The notes: generated by a model from the letters alone, not told the origin. A stretch of DNA of 64,000 nt from the human T2T-CHM13v2.0 reference genome, Homo sapiens (GCA_009914755.4 CP086569.2:19360001-19424000); one strand, 5' to 3'; counted from the first letter of the stretch, positions 1 through 13,612 are shown. Numbers and translations are program-made.

Positions 1-87
1 CAGAAGCAGCTAAGAACCTAACAACAATCACTCATAATAGAAATATAGCTTTGTTTTAAATATGAAAAGTTAAGGTAAAAATGTGCA

Positions 88-211
88 GGCATGGTGTGTC
101 CCGCCTGTAACTCCAGCACTTTGGGAAGCCAAGATGAGAGGATTGCTTGAACTCAGAAGTTACAGACGACCATGTACAACATGGAAAACTCCATCTCTAC
201 TAAAAATACAG
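88..211 (+). mobile_element. Alu fragment (left-arm, FLAM-like)
   Basis: GGCATGGTGTGTCCCGCCTGTAACTCCAGCACTTTGGGAAGCCAAG...CTCTACTAAAAATACA matches the Alu left monomer. It is immediately followed by a second, complete Alu. Confidence 0.7.
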
Positions 212-520
212 CAGGGCACTGTGGCTCAAACATGTAATCCCAGCACACTGTAAGACCATGAAGGGTAGATCACTTGAGGTCAAACATTTGAGAGCAGCCT
301 AGCCAACATGGTGAAACCCCATCTCTACTAAAACAACAAATATTAGCCGGGCATGGCAGTGGGTGTCTGTAATACCAGCTACCCAGGAGGTTGAAGCAGG
401 ACAATCATTTGAACCCCAAGGCAGTGGTTGCAGTGAGCCCAGTTCACATCATTACACTCAAGCCTGGGTAACAGACTGAGACTCCATCTTAAAAAATATA
501 AAAGAAAGAAAGTAAAAAAA
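212..520 (+). mobile_element. Alu SINE (full length, old subfamily)
   Basis: Both arms are present (…TGTAATCCCAGCACACTG…GTGAAACCCCATCTCTACTAAAA…CCAGCTACCCAGGAGG…GCAGTGAGCC…), followed by an A-rich tail. Confidence 0.85.
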
Positions 521-536
521 GAAATACATAATTTGC

Positions 537-704
537 TTGGTGTGGTGGGGCATGGCTATAATCCCAGCTTTTCGGGAGGTGGAGACACAAGAATTGATTG
601 TATCTGGGAGGTAATGATTGTAGTGAGCCGAGATCACACTAGTGCAGTCTAGGCTGAATGACAGCATGAGACTCAGTCTCAAAAAACAAACAAACAAACA
701 AAAA
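537..704 (+). mobile_element. Alu right-arm fragment
   Basis: GTGGTGGGGCATGGCTATAATCCCAGCTTTTCGGGAGGTGGAG...GTGAGCCGAGATCACACTAGTGCAGTCTAGGCTGAATGACAG..CTCAAAAAACAAACAAAC. Confidence 0.75.
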
Positions 705-3700
705 TAACATTTTGTGTAGTGCTTTTCTTTTCTTAGTATACTATATCTCATATTTGCATATGAAGGCCTACAAAGTTCTCACGTAAGTTAAACTTGCAAA
801 ATAAACTTTAGATTTAAAATGTTTTAAGTGCCTAAAGTTCCAGCTTCATCTTCAGACAGCAAGCACAAGAATAAACAGAAAACTAAGGAAGCAATGGCGT
901 GTGATAAATGCAATACATTTTGTTTTAATCTGTGAGATAACGCTGTAACGACAGAAATTTTTAGCTGCTGCTGATGGAAAGAGAGACAAGGCTGATGTAG
1001 TAACAGAGCAGTAATAATATTGGCCACCTGCTATGAATTAGGCATATAAGTTAGCTCACTGAATTCCCTCTACAACCCTGTAGTGTGGAAAATATCCTAC
1101 AGTTTACAGCTGAGGAATACGCAAAGGACCGCCCAAAGGCACACAAGAAATTAGACACACAGATAAGATGCAAGAAGCACTCTAAGAATCAAAGCACTAT
1201 CTACATTTTCCTATATGGCGTTGACTGAAGTTAAGAACTATTGAATTAACTTTAGTCATCCCCTTCTTCGCCATAGAAATGGCAGTTTAAACATCAAGAG
1301 GAAGACTTTGGATAAATTACGTATAACTAAAATTTTATATATTGCTTAAAATCTATTTCAAAAAATATGCTGAACAATGACGTCAAGTTCTTACATAAAA
1401 TTTACTGATTCATTGAGTTCCTCCTTTTTGAATTAGTAACTGTGTTCTCCTCTTGCAAGTAAACAGGTTTTCCTGAAAGAAGGAGCCCTTTAAACACCAT
1501 AATGTTTTCCTGGTAAATACAAAAGCTATTTAATATTTATGGCCAGTATGTCAGACCTAATGACCATTATTTTGTAATAGAAATAGCCTGTGTAGGGGAC
1601 AAAACTTTCACAGGCAAGTAAGAAATAAGCCCTGTTAGCTAACAGGTGATGTGAAGCTATAACTGTCATCTATGTGGTGAAATTCCACCATCTACACCTG
1701 CTAACCAGAGAGGTTTTAAGTTCCTTGAAGAAGAAGATCTGTCTGTTACTATATTGTAAAAGACAATATTGTTATTGTATTGTAGGTATTACTTTCTCAT
1801 TTTCATTTTATTTAACTTGAATCTATGTAGATATAATATCAAGGCAAAATTTGTTACATAGATGATGGTAGTAATTTATAAAAGAAGGGTTAGTCTCCAC
1901 AAGATAGTAGTAAAAGGGGAAACCACACACTGGGTGTCTGGACAACATCAAATAACTACTTTGGTATACTCCCAATAGTCTAACTGAAAATTCCAACAAA
2001 ACGTCACCTCTCCTTACAGGCAATTTCCTAGGAATATATTGAAATATGAAATATATGAAGATTGAGAAAGTACTCACCTTCCAGTCTCAAGGGCAATATA
2101 TACAAGATTCCAGGAGGTTATATATACAGTAAAAATATTATAAATAAAGAAATACATTAGAAGCCAACAAAATAAGAAGCTATGTCACAGGAGACAGAGA
2201 AGTTAAAATTTTCCTAAGTGAAAAAGAAGGTATCTCAAGGGTAAAAGTAATAGGTATCAGAGGCAATAAGTTGCTGTCGACTTCTTGATAATTATAGATT
2301 TATCAACATATATTCAAATAAAGTTTAATAAAATATACAGAAAAAAAACTGGCCTTTCTGATTATATAAAATATTAAGGATAATGGTTTCTCAAAAGTCA
2401 GTGAAAACCATTTTGTTAATTTTTACATAATTAAAATTACAAAAAAAAGTGAACTATAGACAAGACAATGAAGTGTGACGTATTTTTTTTTAAGAATATG
2501 AAACAGACCCAAATTGGGAAGCTGATAACCTGTATCACAACTGAAAACTATGGCTTCTTACCGCATCCAAACATCACTTTTATTCTTCCTTTCATCTTCA
2601 GTCGATTAATTCTAATGATGTAGTCATCTGTTAGTTCAAGTTGATACCTGAGAATCAGAACGACTAAATATAAGTTTCTGAGTTGTCTTTCCAGAAAGAT
2701 GAATATCAATGTACGAGCTTATCTATGGTACAAGTGTACCTGAGGGCACTGAACACGACATTGTGTGAACATCAAAGTCCCTCAGTACTAAAGCCAGGCA
2801 TATGAACGTCAAACATAAAATGTCCAGTAAAACTCTGCCTTGATGTTGTAAAGCACAATCATACAAAATGGAGGGTTGTGCTGCCATAAGGTTACTGAAA
2901 GCATCACTTCCCAGTTGGTCTCAACTGACCCAAAAAGCGAGGAAGAAAATTAAAGTTACACAGCACACAACAGACTCAATCCCAAATGATAATTAGACAG
3001 CCACTTTCAACCCACCTGTACTATCTGCCCACCTGTACTATCTGCCCAGCCCAAACAAACATAAAGAATTCTGTGCCGAGGGACCAATCACAGTCCAGGG
3101 AACCAGGTGCTAAGAGCATTATATCTGAAGTAGCAATACCCGAAGGCACATTTTCAGTTTTACTTTTCTTTTCCAGCTTTTATAAGCTGTCTTTTGTTTC
3201 CAAAAGGATAAAGAAACACTCCTGTGGTGAACAGTCCCCAAACTCCAACACTTGCCAAAGTCATACGGGAATTCCCAAAGCCAGAAAGACACCATGCAGG
3301 CCGTGGAAGCTGTCACAATGATACCAAATAGTTCACCAGCTCCATAACTATATAAAATTAACAAACATACTTTAATACATGTATTCCTAAAAATTCAGTA
3401 ACTACAGAAACTTCATGTTAGCTATTTTAATATAGAAACTGACAAAAAATTGGGTAAAATACATCATTTTCATATGTAAAAAATAAAGTTTCTCATGGCT
3501 AAGAGTAATATGTACCAGAGGCAATAAGCTGTGGCCAACTTCTTGACAACTACAGATTTATCAAAATATATTGAGAATATATTGGGAATTCAGAATCTAT
3601 GAAAGAAGTGTTCTATTTTTAAAAAACATAATTTTTTTAATAGAATAACCTCAAGAAACCTTTGCAAGCTCTGTGTAATGGAATATCCATGATAAATTAT

Positions 3701-4950
3701 GAGGAAGGCAATAAAAAGAGGCCAATAAAATGCCCAGAACACCTGAGTTGAGTCATTTCCTCCTAACACATTAACAGCAAATATTAACTGAGCATTTTTT
3801 ATGTGTAAGATGCTTTTGAATGCACTGAAAATTTACCACATGGACATAGTGTCTTAGCACTGAGGTGTTACTCACTGATACACAAGGTCAAAGTAAAGCC
3901 AAAGTAACCATACTTGTGCATGTTTTCCTTTCCCTATATCAATTACTTAGTTAATTTTAGCTCTTTTCTTTTGATTCTGGCTTTGCAGAATCATCAAGGA
4001 ATACAAGGCACATGTTCACTGACAAACAATCAGACCACTAAGTATAATTTATACATTGTTAGATATCCCCATCATTGTGGCAGTATGAGTGGGGTAGAGG
4101 AAAAGCGATTATAATTCAAACTTTACAGCTTATCAACTATGCAACCTGAGCAAGTCACGATGTACCATGAAATTTAAAGCAAATCACAGCCCTCAATAAA
4201 TGTTCAAGAAGCCATGAGTAAGAAGAACAGAGGAAGTGCTTTTCTATACCTTATCTTTTAAAAACAACCCTAACTCAAATGCAGGAAAGTATTGGCTATT
4301 GATAAACATATGTATTTTTTCAAACATTAAAGTTTGCATAAGATGTTCATCAGAGAATACTTCCATAGTTTTTGTTATGTTTCTACCAAAGTAATTTAAA
4401 CGTATTACTTCTTCAAACGTGCCAAGCAATTACTTTAGAAGTTTGTTCTTCAGCTTTCAGTCATCGTTCTCCTCAAGACACTTTGTATTGTGCTCCCATC
4501 TCCTAAGTCCTCAGTCATGCTTTTATGTTTTTCTTCCTGGAGTTTCTGGGTTTTGAAATTAGTAAAAAAACATAAAGTAAATAAACTATAAAAGCTGAGT
4601 TAACAAATTTAGGAAGAATATCACGTGACATGTTTTTAGTTCAACCAACTAAAACTGCTACATGACAATTACTACTGAGAAGTAGAAGAAAAGAGCCAGA
4701 AATCCTCAGTGTATTTTATGAACTGACCTAGTTACAATGTGTTGAAACTAGCAGAAGCAGGGGCCTGTGACACATGACTGAGAAGAGTGGGAGGGTCTCT
4801 TACTGAGGGGAGTGGAAGAGTGTCAATGAAGAAGTGGTTTCTCATAGAAGACAATTAACACTTAACAATAGTTAAAGGTGATAAATGGTCCGAATCAATT
4901 CTGGGATGAAAGAATGATATTAGCTACAAAGTAATAAAAGCACACTTATG

Positions 4951-5233
4951 GCTGGGAGCTGTGGCTCATGCCTGTAATCCCAGCACTTTGGGAGGCCAAG
5001 GCAGGTGGATCACCTAATAATAGGAGTGTAAGAACAGCCTGGACAACATGGTGAAACCCCATTTTTACTAAAAGTACAACATTAGCCAGGCATGTTGTCA
5101 CACACCTGTAATCCCAGCTACTCAAGAGGCTGAGGAAGGAGAATCGCTTGAACTCGGGAGGCAGAATTCACAGTGAGGTGAGATTGCACCATTGCACTCA
5201 GCAACAATACCAAATCTCCATCTCAAAAAAAAA
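4951..5233 (+). mobile_element. Alu SINE
   Basis: GGCTGGGAGCTGTGGCTCATGCCTGTAATCCCAGCACTTTGGGAGGCCAAGGCAGGTGGATCACC… with a poly-A tail at about 5222-5233. Probable 7-8 bp target-site duplication (c/t)ACTTATG at 4943-4950 and 5236-5243. Confidence 0.9.
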
Positions 5234-5380
5234 GTGTACTTATGTATTTGAATCTTTTATAATGCTGTTTGTAAGTCTGGAATTTAATTAATAATCTCAT
5301 GGATATTTAAGGTACAATTCTTTTTTCTTGCTTAATATTCTATCAGCTTTAGCCAAGTTTGGTGTATCCAGTTTTCAACT

Positions 5381-5537
5381 ATAATCCTAGCTTTGCAGAA
5401 TGCTGAGGCAAGAGAATCACTTGAGTCCAAGAGTATCAGACCAGCCTGGACAACATAGCAAGACCTTGTCTCTTAAAACCAAAACAGCACCACCACCACC
5501 AACTTACCAAAAAAAAAAAAAACAAAACAAAAAAAAC
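5381..5537 (+). mobile_element. partial Alu-like monomer (FRAM/FLAM-like) with A-rich tail
   Basis: …AATCCTAGCTTTGCAGAATGCTGAGGCAAGAGAATCACTTGAGTCCAAGAG..AGACCAGCCTGGACAACATAGCAAGACCTTGTCTC, followed by poly-A. Confidence 0.6.
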
Positions 5538-5545
5538 TATTGATT

Positions 5546-5679
5546 GAATACTCATCTAGTTCCCAAAGAGAGGGCAAAAGATATGGGTCATTCAGGGCTT
5601 TCAAGTGCTTAAGAATACTCATCAAGTTCCCAAAGAGAGGGCAAAAGATATGGGTCATTCAGGGCTTTCAAGCGCTTAA
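5546..5679. repeat. 67-bp tandem duplication (2 copies, 2 mismatches)
   Basis: GAATACTCATC(T/A)AGTTCCCAAAGAGAGGGCAAAAGATATGGGTCATTCAGGGCTTTCAAG(T/C)GCTTAA occurs twice head-to-tail. Confidence 0.9.
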
Positions 5680-6846
5680 GAATAAAATGATCTTCATAGT
5701 GAGACTTCAAATCACCAATTGTACCAATTCCCTAGCCAGGGAGGTGGATTCACAGGTGATGAGATCCAGCCATCCTAAGAAGTACTGCACAACACTGACT
5801 AGTCTAAGAACGGTTAAAGACTCCAGGTATTAGCTCCCTCTGCTGGTTATCTGGAAAGCCATGAAGAGGTAAACTACATTGAATTTAGTACATATGCTGA
5901 AAGAATGGAAAAGAAGTAGAGAAATTGAGGGTGAAAAAAGTGACACACTCTCTCCGCTTAAATGTTGTTTCTCTTTTTTTTTTTCTCTCTCTCTGGATTA
6001 ATTTACCTTTTCATTATTGCCAAAATGAGAGTAAGGTACACAGCTAGCTGAAATAAAAAAAATCAAACCTATAGAAGTGAGAAAACAACATTAAATAAAA
6101 TGGAGACAAATTCTTTAATGAGCAAAAATTCCTAAAGTATCTATGGGTGTCAATTAACGGCACATTCCCCATGGAAAAGACTTCTTGTGCAAACTATAGA
6201 CAGGTGACCTTGCTGTCAATCCCAGGTAACATATGGATGAAACATCTGTGAGCACGTAGAAAAACTGAATAGCACTGAGAAACACTTTCATCCAGTACAA
6301 GTCAAGTCAAACCACAATACTTCCTTTTTTTGAGCACAGAACTGGTAAAAGCCACAGGCCTAGATATTTGAAATCCAGTTCCAATACATAAACACACAAA
6401 ACTATCAAACCAGGAGGACTGAAGTTAACTTTAAAAACATATGACCTGTTCAAGTATTAACAGCTTCTCCAAATTTTCTGTTTGATGTTACTGTAGCCTG
6501 GTGATAGCATCTCATTCTGCCTTTCATCTTAATGTTCAATATTTCAAAAGCACAGCCCTAGTGTTTGTTTCTCTTAATGTGTAACTTCTAATGCTGTGTG
6601 ATATCACCTTTATAAAAAACAACTCCACCTGGCAATAAACATTAGAACATTTAGATATATATTTAGTAATTCTTTTTAATCTCATCATTCTGAATGTCTA
6701 AAATAATCATGCATACAGGCAATCCAAAATCTTCAACTGTCTGCTTCAGCTCTGCTTTTCCTTCTCTTAGCAAATCTATATCTTTTAGTAAAAGAAGGCT
6801 TTGAGCATGAATTTTCTTGTTTCAATCTGTAAAAAGCATTAATTTT

Positions 6847-7139
6847 GGCTGGCTCTGGTGGCTCACGCTTGTAATCTCAGCATTTTGGGAGGCTGAGGCA
6901 GGTAGGTCATGACATCAGGAGTTTAAGATTAGCCTGGCCAAGATGGTAAAACTCCATCTCTACTAAAAATACAAAACTTAGCTGGGTGTTGTGGCAGATG
7001 CCTATAATCCCAGCTACTCAAGAGGTTGAGGAAGGGAATTGCTTGAACTTGACAGGCAGAATTTGCAGTGAGCCAAGATTATGCCACTGCATTCCACTGG
7101 GTGGCAGAGCAAGATCTGTCTCAAAAAAAAAAAAAAAAA
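6847..7139 (+). mobile_element. Alu SINE
   Basis: GGCTGGCTCTGGTGGCTCACGCTTGTAATCTCAGCATTTTGGGAGGCTGAGGCAGG… through a poly-A17 tail. About 15-bp target-site duplication AAA(A/G)GCATTAA(T/G)TTT at 6830-6846 and 7137-7153. Confidence 0.9.
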
Positions 7140-7268
7140 GGCATTAAGTTTTAGGCAGCAAGTTAATGAAAACATAACAAATTTAAATAAATATAGTGCT
7201 TCCTAAATTCCAAAAACCAATATACAGAAATTGAGAATAACAAGTTTACCTTCAAATTATTCCAACTC

Positions 7269-7567
7269 AGCTGGGCACGGTGATTCACTCCTGTAATCCT
7301 AGCCCTTTGGGAGGCTAAAACAGGCCGATCACCTGAGGTCAAAACTTGAGACTAGCCTGGCCAATATCGTGAAACCACATTTCTACAAAAATTACAAAAA
7401 TTAACTGGATACAGTGGTGGGCACCTCTAATCCTAGCTACTTGGGAGGCTGAAACAGGACAATCACTTGAAACTGGGAGGCAGATGTTGCAGTGGCCACG
7501 GTAGTGCCATTGCACTCCAGCCTGGGCAAAAGATTAAAACTGCATCTCAAAAAAAAAAGAAAAAAAA
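7269..7567 (+). mobile_element. Alu SINE
   Basis: AGCTGGGCACGGTGATTCACTCCTGTAATCCTAGCCCTTTGGGAGGCTAAAACAGGCCGATCACCTGAGGTC…GCACTCCAGCCTGGGCAAAAG…, followed by poly-A. Confidence 0.9.
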
Positions 7568-7713
7568 TCCACTTCAATGTATTCCTCAACTATCTATTCC
7601 AGCTTCATAAATATTTAGTCTCTCAATTTCTGTTAAACTACATTTCCATATATTTTAACACCCCTTGTGTAATTTATGCTATTTAATTAACATATTTCAG
7701 TCCCTTGTGTAAT

Positions 7714-7996
7714 TTTTTGGGGAGACTGGGTTCTGCTCTGTTGCCCAGGTTTGGATCCAGTGTTGTGATTTCGGATAACTGCAAACTCTGCCTCCCAGAC
7801 TCAAGGGATCCTCCCATCTCAGCTTTCTAGGTAGCTGAGACTAAAAACACACACCACCAAGTTCAGCTAATTTTTTTGTAGTGATGGTGTTTTGCCATAC
7901 TGCCCAGGCTGGTGGTGTACCGCTGGGCTCAAATGAGATCACCATCTCAGCCCCTCAAAGTGCTAAAACTACAGGTATGAGCCACCATACCTGGTC
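7714..7996 (-). mobile_element. Alu SINE (antisense)
   Basis: TTTTTGGGGAGACTGGGTTCTGCTCTGTTGCCCAGGTTTGGATCCAGTG…CTCAAAGTGCTAAAACTACAGGTATGAGCCACCATACCTGGTC. Confidence 0.85.
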
Positions 7997-8899
7997 CCCT
8001 TAACTAAAATCTGGTAAGTTCTTCAGGGAAAAAAATAAATAAAATGTACATTTAGAAATAAAACTCCAAAATAATAAAATCCCCATCATTTTTTGTGATG
8101 GTGCTTTCTGAATGTTTTAGTTCATGAGTCATTGTGACTCAGAGTTAGCAAGCTCATATGAACCAGTAAATGAATAAGCCAACCTTCCACTTATGTCTTC
8201 ACAGAGCAGAAATTTATTAACTATGTATCATATATCAAGCAGCATACTGGGAATGGATATAAAAATGTAGACAGATACAGTCCTCCTCTCTGAAGACCTC
8301 ACAGTATAGTCAGGGAGAAACAATCAAACTAAGATAGGATAATTTTATAACTGAGGTAATAATGACTGCATGTAGGAATGAGCCATAAATGAGCTGCTCA
8401 GTGGGAGTCAGAGAAGGCATCACAACAGTGACATCCAAGCTGGGCCTTGAATGACACTATGGTTTTATCAAGGAGAGGAGGAGATTGACATTCCAGGTGA
8501 GGAAACACAGTCATGTTGGGTTTTATGAGAATGAGAATCTTCCTCAAAGGCTTCAGATACTCTAATTTGAATAAACAGAATTCTAGTCAGTCACCTATCT
8601 TGAAGATGAAGTTATTAGTCTAAATACAATGTAATCACCTCAAATATCTATGCATCCAATATTCAATTTTATAGCTGAAGAAAGCCTTATTCCCAGAAAT
8701 GCTATAGAAAATTTTAGAGTGGGTGCCCTTAGCATTAAACAACTATGTCTCATTGAGAAGCTTCAAGCAAGTGTGGGCACTAGGGGGAATCTTTTCTACT
8801 TTTAACATCTAGCAGCAGCTGTTTTAGATGTATGTTTGAAATACTGCTGTAAATACCGTCACGTCTAAGACACACACTTGGAAAAGGAATAAGATATCT

Positions 8900-9900
8900 T
8901 AAAGGAGCAGCCAACATAAACTCCCTGCCACTCCTCATCATCTTAATCTCCTTTGCAGTTACTTTCCCAGTGATGAGATCAAATGGCCACATGGATGACC
9001 CTTGGGGCCCTGGTGACTCCCTCACCCCAGGGATCTTTACTCTTGCGCATTTTCATGTCTCCATCCAATGTCAGCCCACTGCCTTTGATTTCCAGTCTCC
9101 ACCTGATACCTCACTCTGCAAATCTGCACTCCTGGATGATCTTTATTCTTCCACCTGCCAATCTCTCCAGATCTAGTTCTTGATCACTGAGACTGCCGCC
9201 CAAACCTCCCTTTTCCCCTAGGTTACCAGCCACTTGCCATCTTCTCTGCTTACCTTCACTACACAGGAGAACCACAGAATCTCCAATTAAATAGGCTGCA
9301 TTTCTCAAGGAAAATGAAGTATGCTCTGCAAAGCTCCACTTCCCGCGTATCTCCATCTTTCCACCCTCACTGAAAGGGGCAGCAGAGAGAGACCCTTAAA
9401 ATTCCTTCCCAGAGGTAGAACAGAAAACTCACCTACAAACATGTGGTTTTGTCTCTCTCAATTCCTGGTTACCCTAACCACAGCTGGGCCATCAGTACAG
9501 GTAATCGGTGCACTCTCCTTTAAAAAGCTGTTCTTACCTTATCCATAAGAGCTACTCTGCACCTCCAAGTTGCTCCTGAAACCCTTGATCTGTCTCCTTA
9601 ATTTGCCTGAGAAGATGAAGCATCTTTATAGCTGAAGCAACCACTATTTCCAGAAATGCTATAGAAAATTTTAGAGTGAGCGGAATTATGTTTCTCATAA
9701 TTCCAACTTGACTGGTCACCTCTTCAATTCTTGTCTCTCCACCAGCCTCAAAGGACACAAATTGGTGTAGCCTTCTCAAGGCCCATCATTCTTTTTTTTT
9801 GCACTCTTCGCCAATGTCCCTACTGCTCTTCAGGGGCCTTGTTCCATCATTTGAAACATCTCATTCCTGGATCTTGAGTCAATCCAGTAATAGCTGTAGA
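8900..9900. repeat. ancient interspersed repeat, family not assigned (MER/LTR-like), degraded
   Basis: Non-Alu, non-L1 sequence with a degraded-repeat character. It is bracketed by about 58-bp direct repeats at 8667-8724 and 9626-9683. I could not match it to any consensus from memory. Confidence 0.25.
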
Positions 9901-10841
9901 AAATAGCCATTCAGTAAATTTTTTTCTAAATACAACTTCTTGGTGCTTTTGATTTCTCTCAAGGATACTCTTTTCTCAAGGAATGAAGGCTTCAGATTCT
10001 GCTTGACAAGCTTTCTCAAAACTTCAGAACATAGCTAATTCTGTCTCATACTCTTATCACTTCCATGAAAAATTCAACTGCAAATTTATTACAAAAAAAT
10101 AAAAGCTCCAATCGTTATACTATAAGAACAGTAACAGATTCTCTCTCTACAGCTAGGCTCTACATTAATGTTCTGTCCAAATACGTTATATTTATTTAAT
10201 CTATAGTTTTATATCATTTACTGTATTTGTAGAATTCAATCCAAAGGCATAAACAAATCTCATCAGAAAAAATTGATTTGCACAACACTGAAGTACTCCA
10301 TTTTTTAATAAAAGTTCCAAGTATTTTTTAATATACCTAAGATTAAGTCTTTAGATGACAAAAACATGACTCTTGTTAACTGCAACATGATACAGATTAC
10401 CTTTTGACACATTTCTGCCAGAAGTTGCTTTTCTATTTCTCTCTTATATTCATTTAGCTTTGTTTCTAAAGACTCAAACTTTGTATTCTAAGGGTAAGCA
10501 ACTGTCAGTTGATCATCAATAAGCTGAAGGTTGTCAGCTATTAAAAAGTAACACATAAAATTAGGACACAGAAGCATGATCAGGTGTGTAAGAGGTCAGA
10601 TTTCTGGTTCAAAAGTAAAGAGTATAGTTAGGGGAAAGCATACGTGTCATCAATTTACTTTGAAATATAAAAAAAAAGTAAGATAGATGAATAGATGGAC
10701 AGATAAAAATGATGAAGTATATATAATACAAATGTAATAGTGAAATTTAGGTGGTAGGTATGTAAGTGTTGACTAGAATTGTTTCAACTTTTCTATGTGT
10801 TGAAAATACTCAGGCATTTACCAACATCCACCACACGCAGA

Positions 10842-10985
10842 TTATTTATTTATTTATTTATTCATTCATTTATTTTGTGGAGACAGGGTCTTCCTATGTT
10901 GCCTGCCTCAGCTGATCTCAAACTCATGGCTTCAAGTGATCCTCCTGCCTGGGCTGGGATCACAAGAATGAGCAGCTTTGTCTGG
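10842..10985 (-). mobile_element. (ATTT)n microsatellite plus Alu left-monomer fragment (antisense)
   Basis: ATTTATTTATTTATTTATTCATTCATTTATTTTGTGGAGACAGGGTCTTCCTATGTTGCCTGCCTCAGCTGATCTCAAACTCATGGCTTCAAGTGATCCTCCTGCCTGGGCTGGGATCACAAG. Confidence 0.6.
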
Positions 10986-13612
10986 TAATAGCTTTTAAGA
11001 ATAAATCTTCAAGAAGTCCTTCCCAAGCATGATACAAAACCTGGAAACAATAAGGAGAAATATTCATCAATCTCACTACATAAAATTTAAAAATTTACAT
11101 GTGGCATAAAATAGAAAAACATACACTCAAAAATTAGTTGCAGTAATATGGAGGCATAAGCAGGACTAAAGTTACAACATTGTAATATCGTTAAAGAGCT
11201 CTTACAAATCAGTTAAAAGAAAAGAAAACAAAACTGAAAAATGTGAAAAAAATGGACAGATTGTAGAAAAAATAAAATGTCAAACAAAGATAACCAAGAT
11301 TATCAGATGTTGAATAAACATGAACAAAATCATAAATGCAAATTAATAAAGCGAAGAAACCATTATTTTCCCTATAACACCATTAAGATTAAACTTTTGA
11401 TAATGCTAATGTTGGGAATGGAGTGGAAGTATAGCTGTGCTCATTCACTTGGGAGAGGAATGTGTCAGTGCTTACATATATTCAAAATGCAGTAATCTAT
11501 TCATTCCAATTCCATGAATTCACACAGCTGTACTTTTACAAGCACACAGAGCGTGCACACTGCATACTGGTTGCCTCTATTGGAAAAAAGCATACAATAA
11601 GACAACTCAATCTCCATTAATAGGGGGTTAAATATTTACTTTAAAAATAATGAGTCTCAATATACTGCTACAGATAGATATATTGGTTGATAGAAAAAGC
11701 AAATTGCCAAAAGGATCTATAATATAATTTTATTTGATTGTGTGTTTTAATTAGAAATACATAGAGTTTTAAACTCCATCAATTCTGCAAAAATAACCAA
11801 GAAACAAAATTATTAAAATTGTAGTTATCAGTTGAGAGTCAGATTAGAAAACATGGGCACAAATTGCTAGTTTGCTTTCACTTTATATCCTTCCAAATAA
11901 TCTGAAACTTTGCTTTAAACGAGAAGCGTAAATTATTTTTGAAATTTTTAGTTTCTTGAAACTAAAAACATTAGTCGCTCAGCACCTCATCCCCATCCCC
12001 ATCCTCTTCAGTGAGTGGATTACAGTTAGATTGTTTTGACACAGTCTGCATTCTATCCAGGGATCAGCAGACCAACATTTGCAAACACTAATGTTTATTC
12101 TTGGTGATGTAAAACTTTATGGGTTTGACAGTAGGTCTTTTCATTCTCTTAACAGTGTCTTCCACAGAGATGTTTTAATTTCAATTAAGTCTAACTCAAT
12201 TTTTTTCTTTTATGTATCTTGCTTTTGGTGTTATATCACATCATGAAACTTAGGATCACATAGACTTTCTCTTGTTTTTATTTGGAAATTTTATAGTTTT
12301 GCAATTTACATTTAGATTTATGGTTCATTTCCATGCACATGAATATTCAATTATTTCAGAGCCACATATTCAAAAGACTATCTTTCCTCTATTGAATTGC
12401 CTTTGAACCATTGTTAAAAAAAATTAATTGACAATATTTGTGTGAATCTATTTCTGGATTCTCTATATCTGTTCCCATTGATGTATGTGTCTATTCTTTT
12501 GCCAATTATAGATAAGGATTTTAACTTTCAGAAAGCAAAGTGTCAGTGTCCAAATTTTCTTTCTTCATCCAAAATTTGTGCATATCATTGTCTGTGTATC
12601 TTTGGCTGTCAAACGAAATATTAAGAGGGGGAAGAACGGGTGACTAGAGTCTAGGAGGAAAGTACTGTTAGTATCTACAGCTTAGCATCTCCTGAGTGTA
12701 GATATACTAAAATAGGATAAGATCACAGGTCTCTGACTCAGGGGGCAGAAGACAGTTCAGTACAATATATCTTCCTATAAGTTTTCTGTTGTTTAATTAG
12801 AAGCCATTGCTTTTTAAAATGATTTTAATTTACCAGAAGTTATTTTATTGTTAGCTAAGGGTTCTATCCAAATTTTGCCACTAGGATGACTAGCACTACT
12901 CATCATTTTTCTGACTTCCAGAAATTTTACTGGGATGCTAGGTAAAGCTGGTAAGGGTTGTCACCCAGATATCTTTCTGAATGAGATGGATGTAAAGAGA
13001 CTCTGTAAAGATAGAAAGACTATTTCTAAAGATAATGTAATATAGTAAATGTATAGATTCTTTCCTGTTAGGGGGCTCAGTCAGTCTGGGGGGAAAAATA
13101 TTAAAGATAATTATAGTAATAGCCACAAACCATCTTGGAAGGCCAGAGACTTTGCATAACCTCAGTAATAGATACGGTTGAAGGTGACTTTCTTTACCTT
13201 TAGTTAAATAAATTAAAGTACTGACAAAGGAATGTGGGGAGGTTATGCAGCTAGCTTGTTTACTCATGTGGTCTGAAGACTAACCTTTGAGGTACCCTGG
13301 GTGCTTAAGTGCTTAGGGAAGTCCGCAATGTCAGTGTTGCCCCAGTGATGTTGACTCAAGTCTTTGTCAATTAATCTTTACTGATAAGTGTGAGTTTCAC
13401 TTGCTGGTCAGGGCCACTGTTGCCACTGTTTACAAAACTCTACTGGAGTCTGTAAGTGGCTCAGACACTCAGCTTCAGCTGGACTGGCAAAGCAGAATAT
13501 TTATGTTTCAGTGTACTTTATTCATCCGTTGCGGGTTCAGGGGTCTGCAAGGGACAGACCCCCAAAGTTGGTGCCACAGCATGAGAAGTGTGAGAAGTGT
13601 TACCACAGTTTC

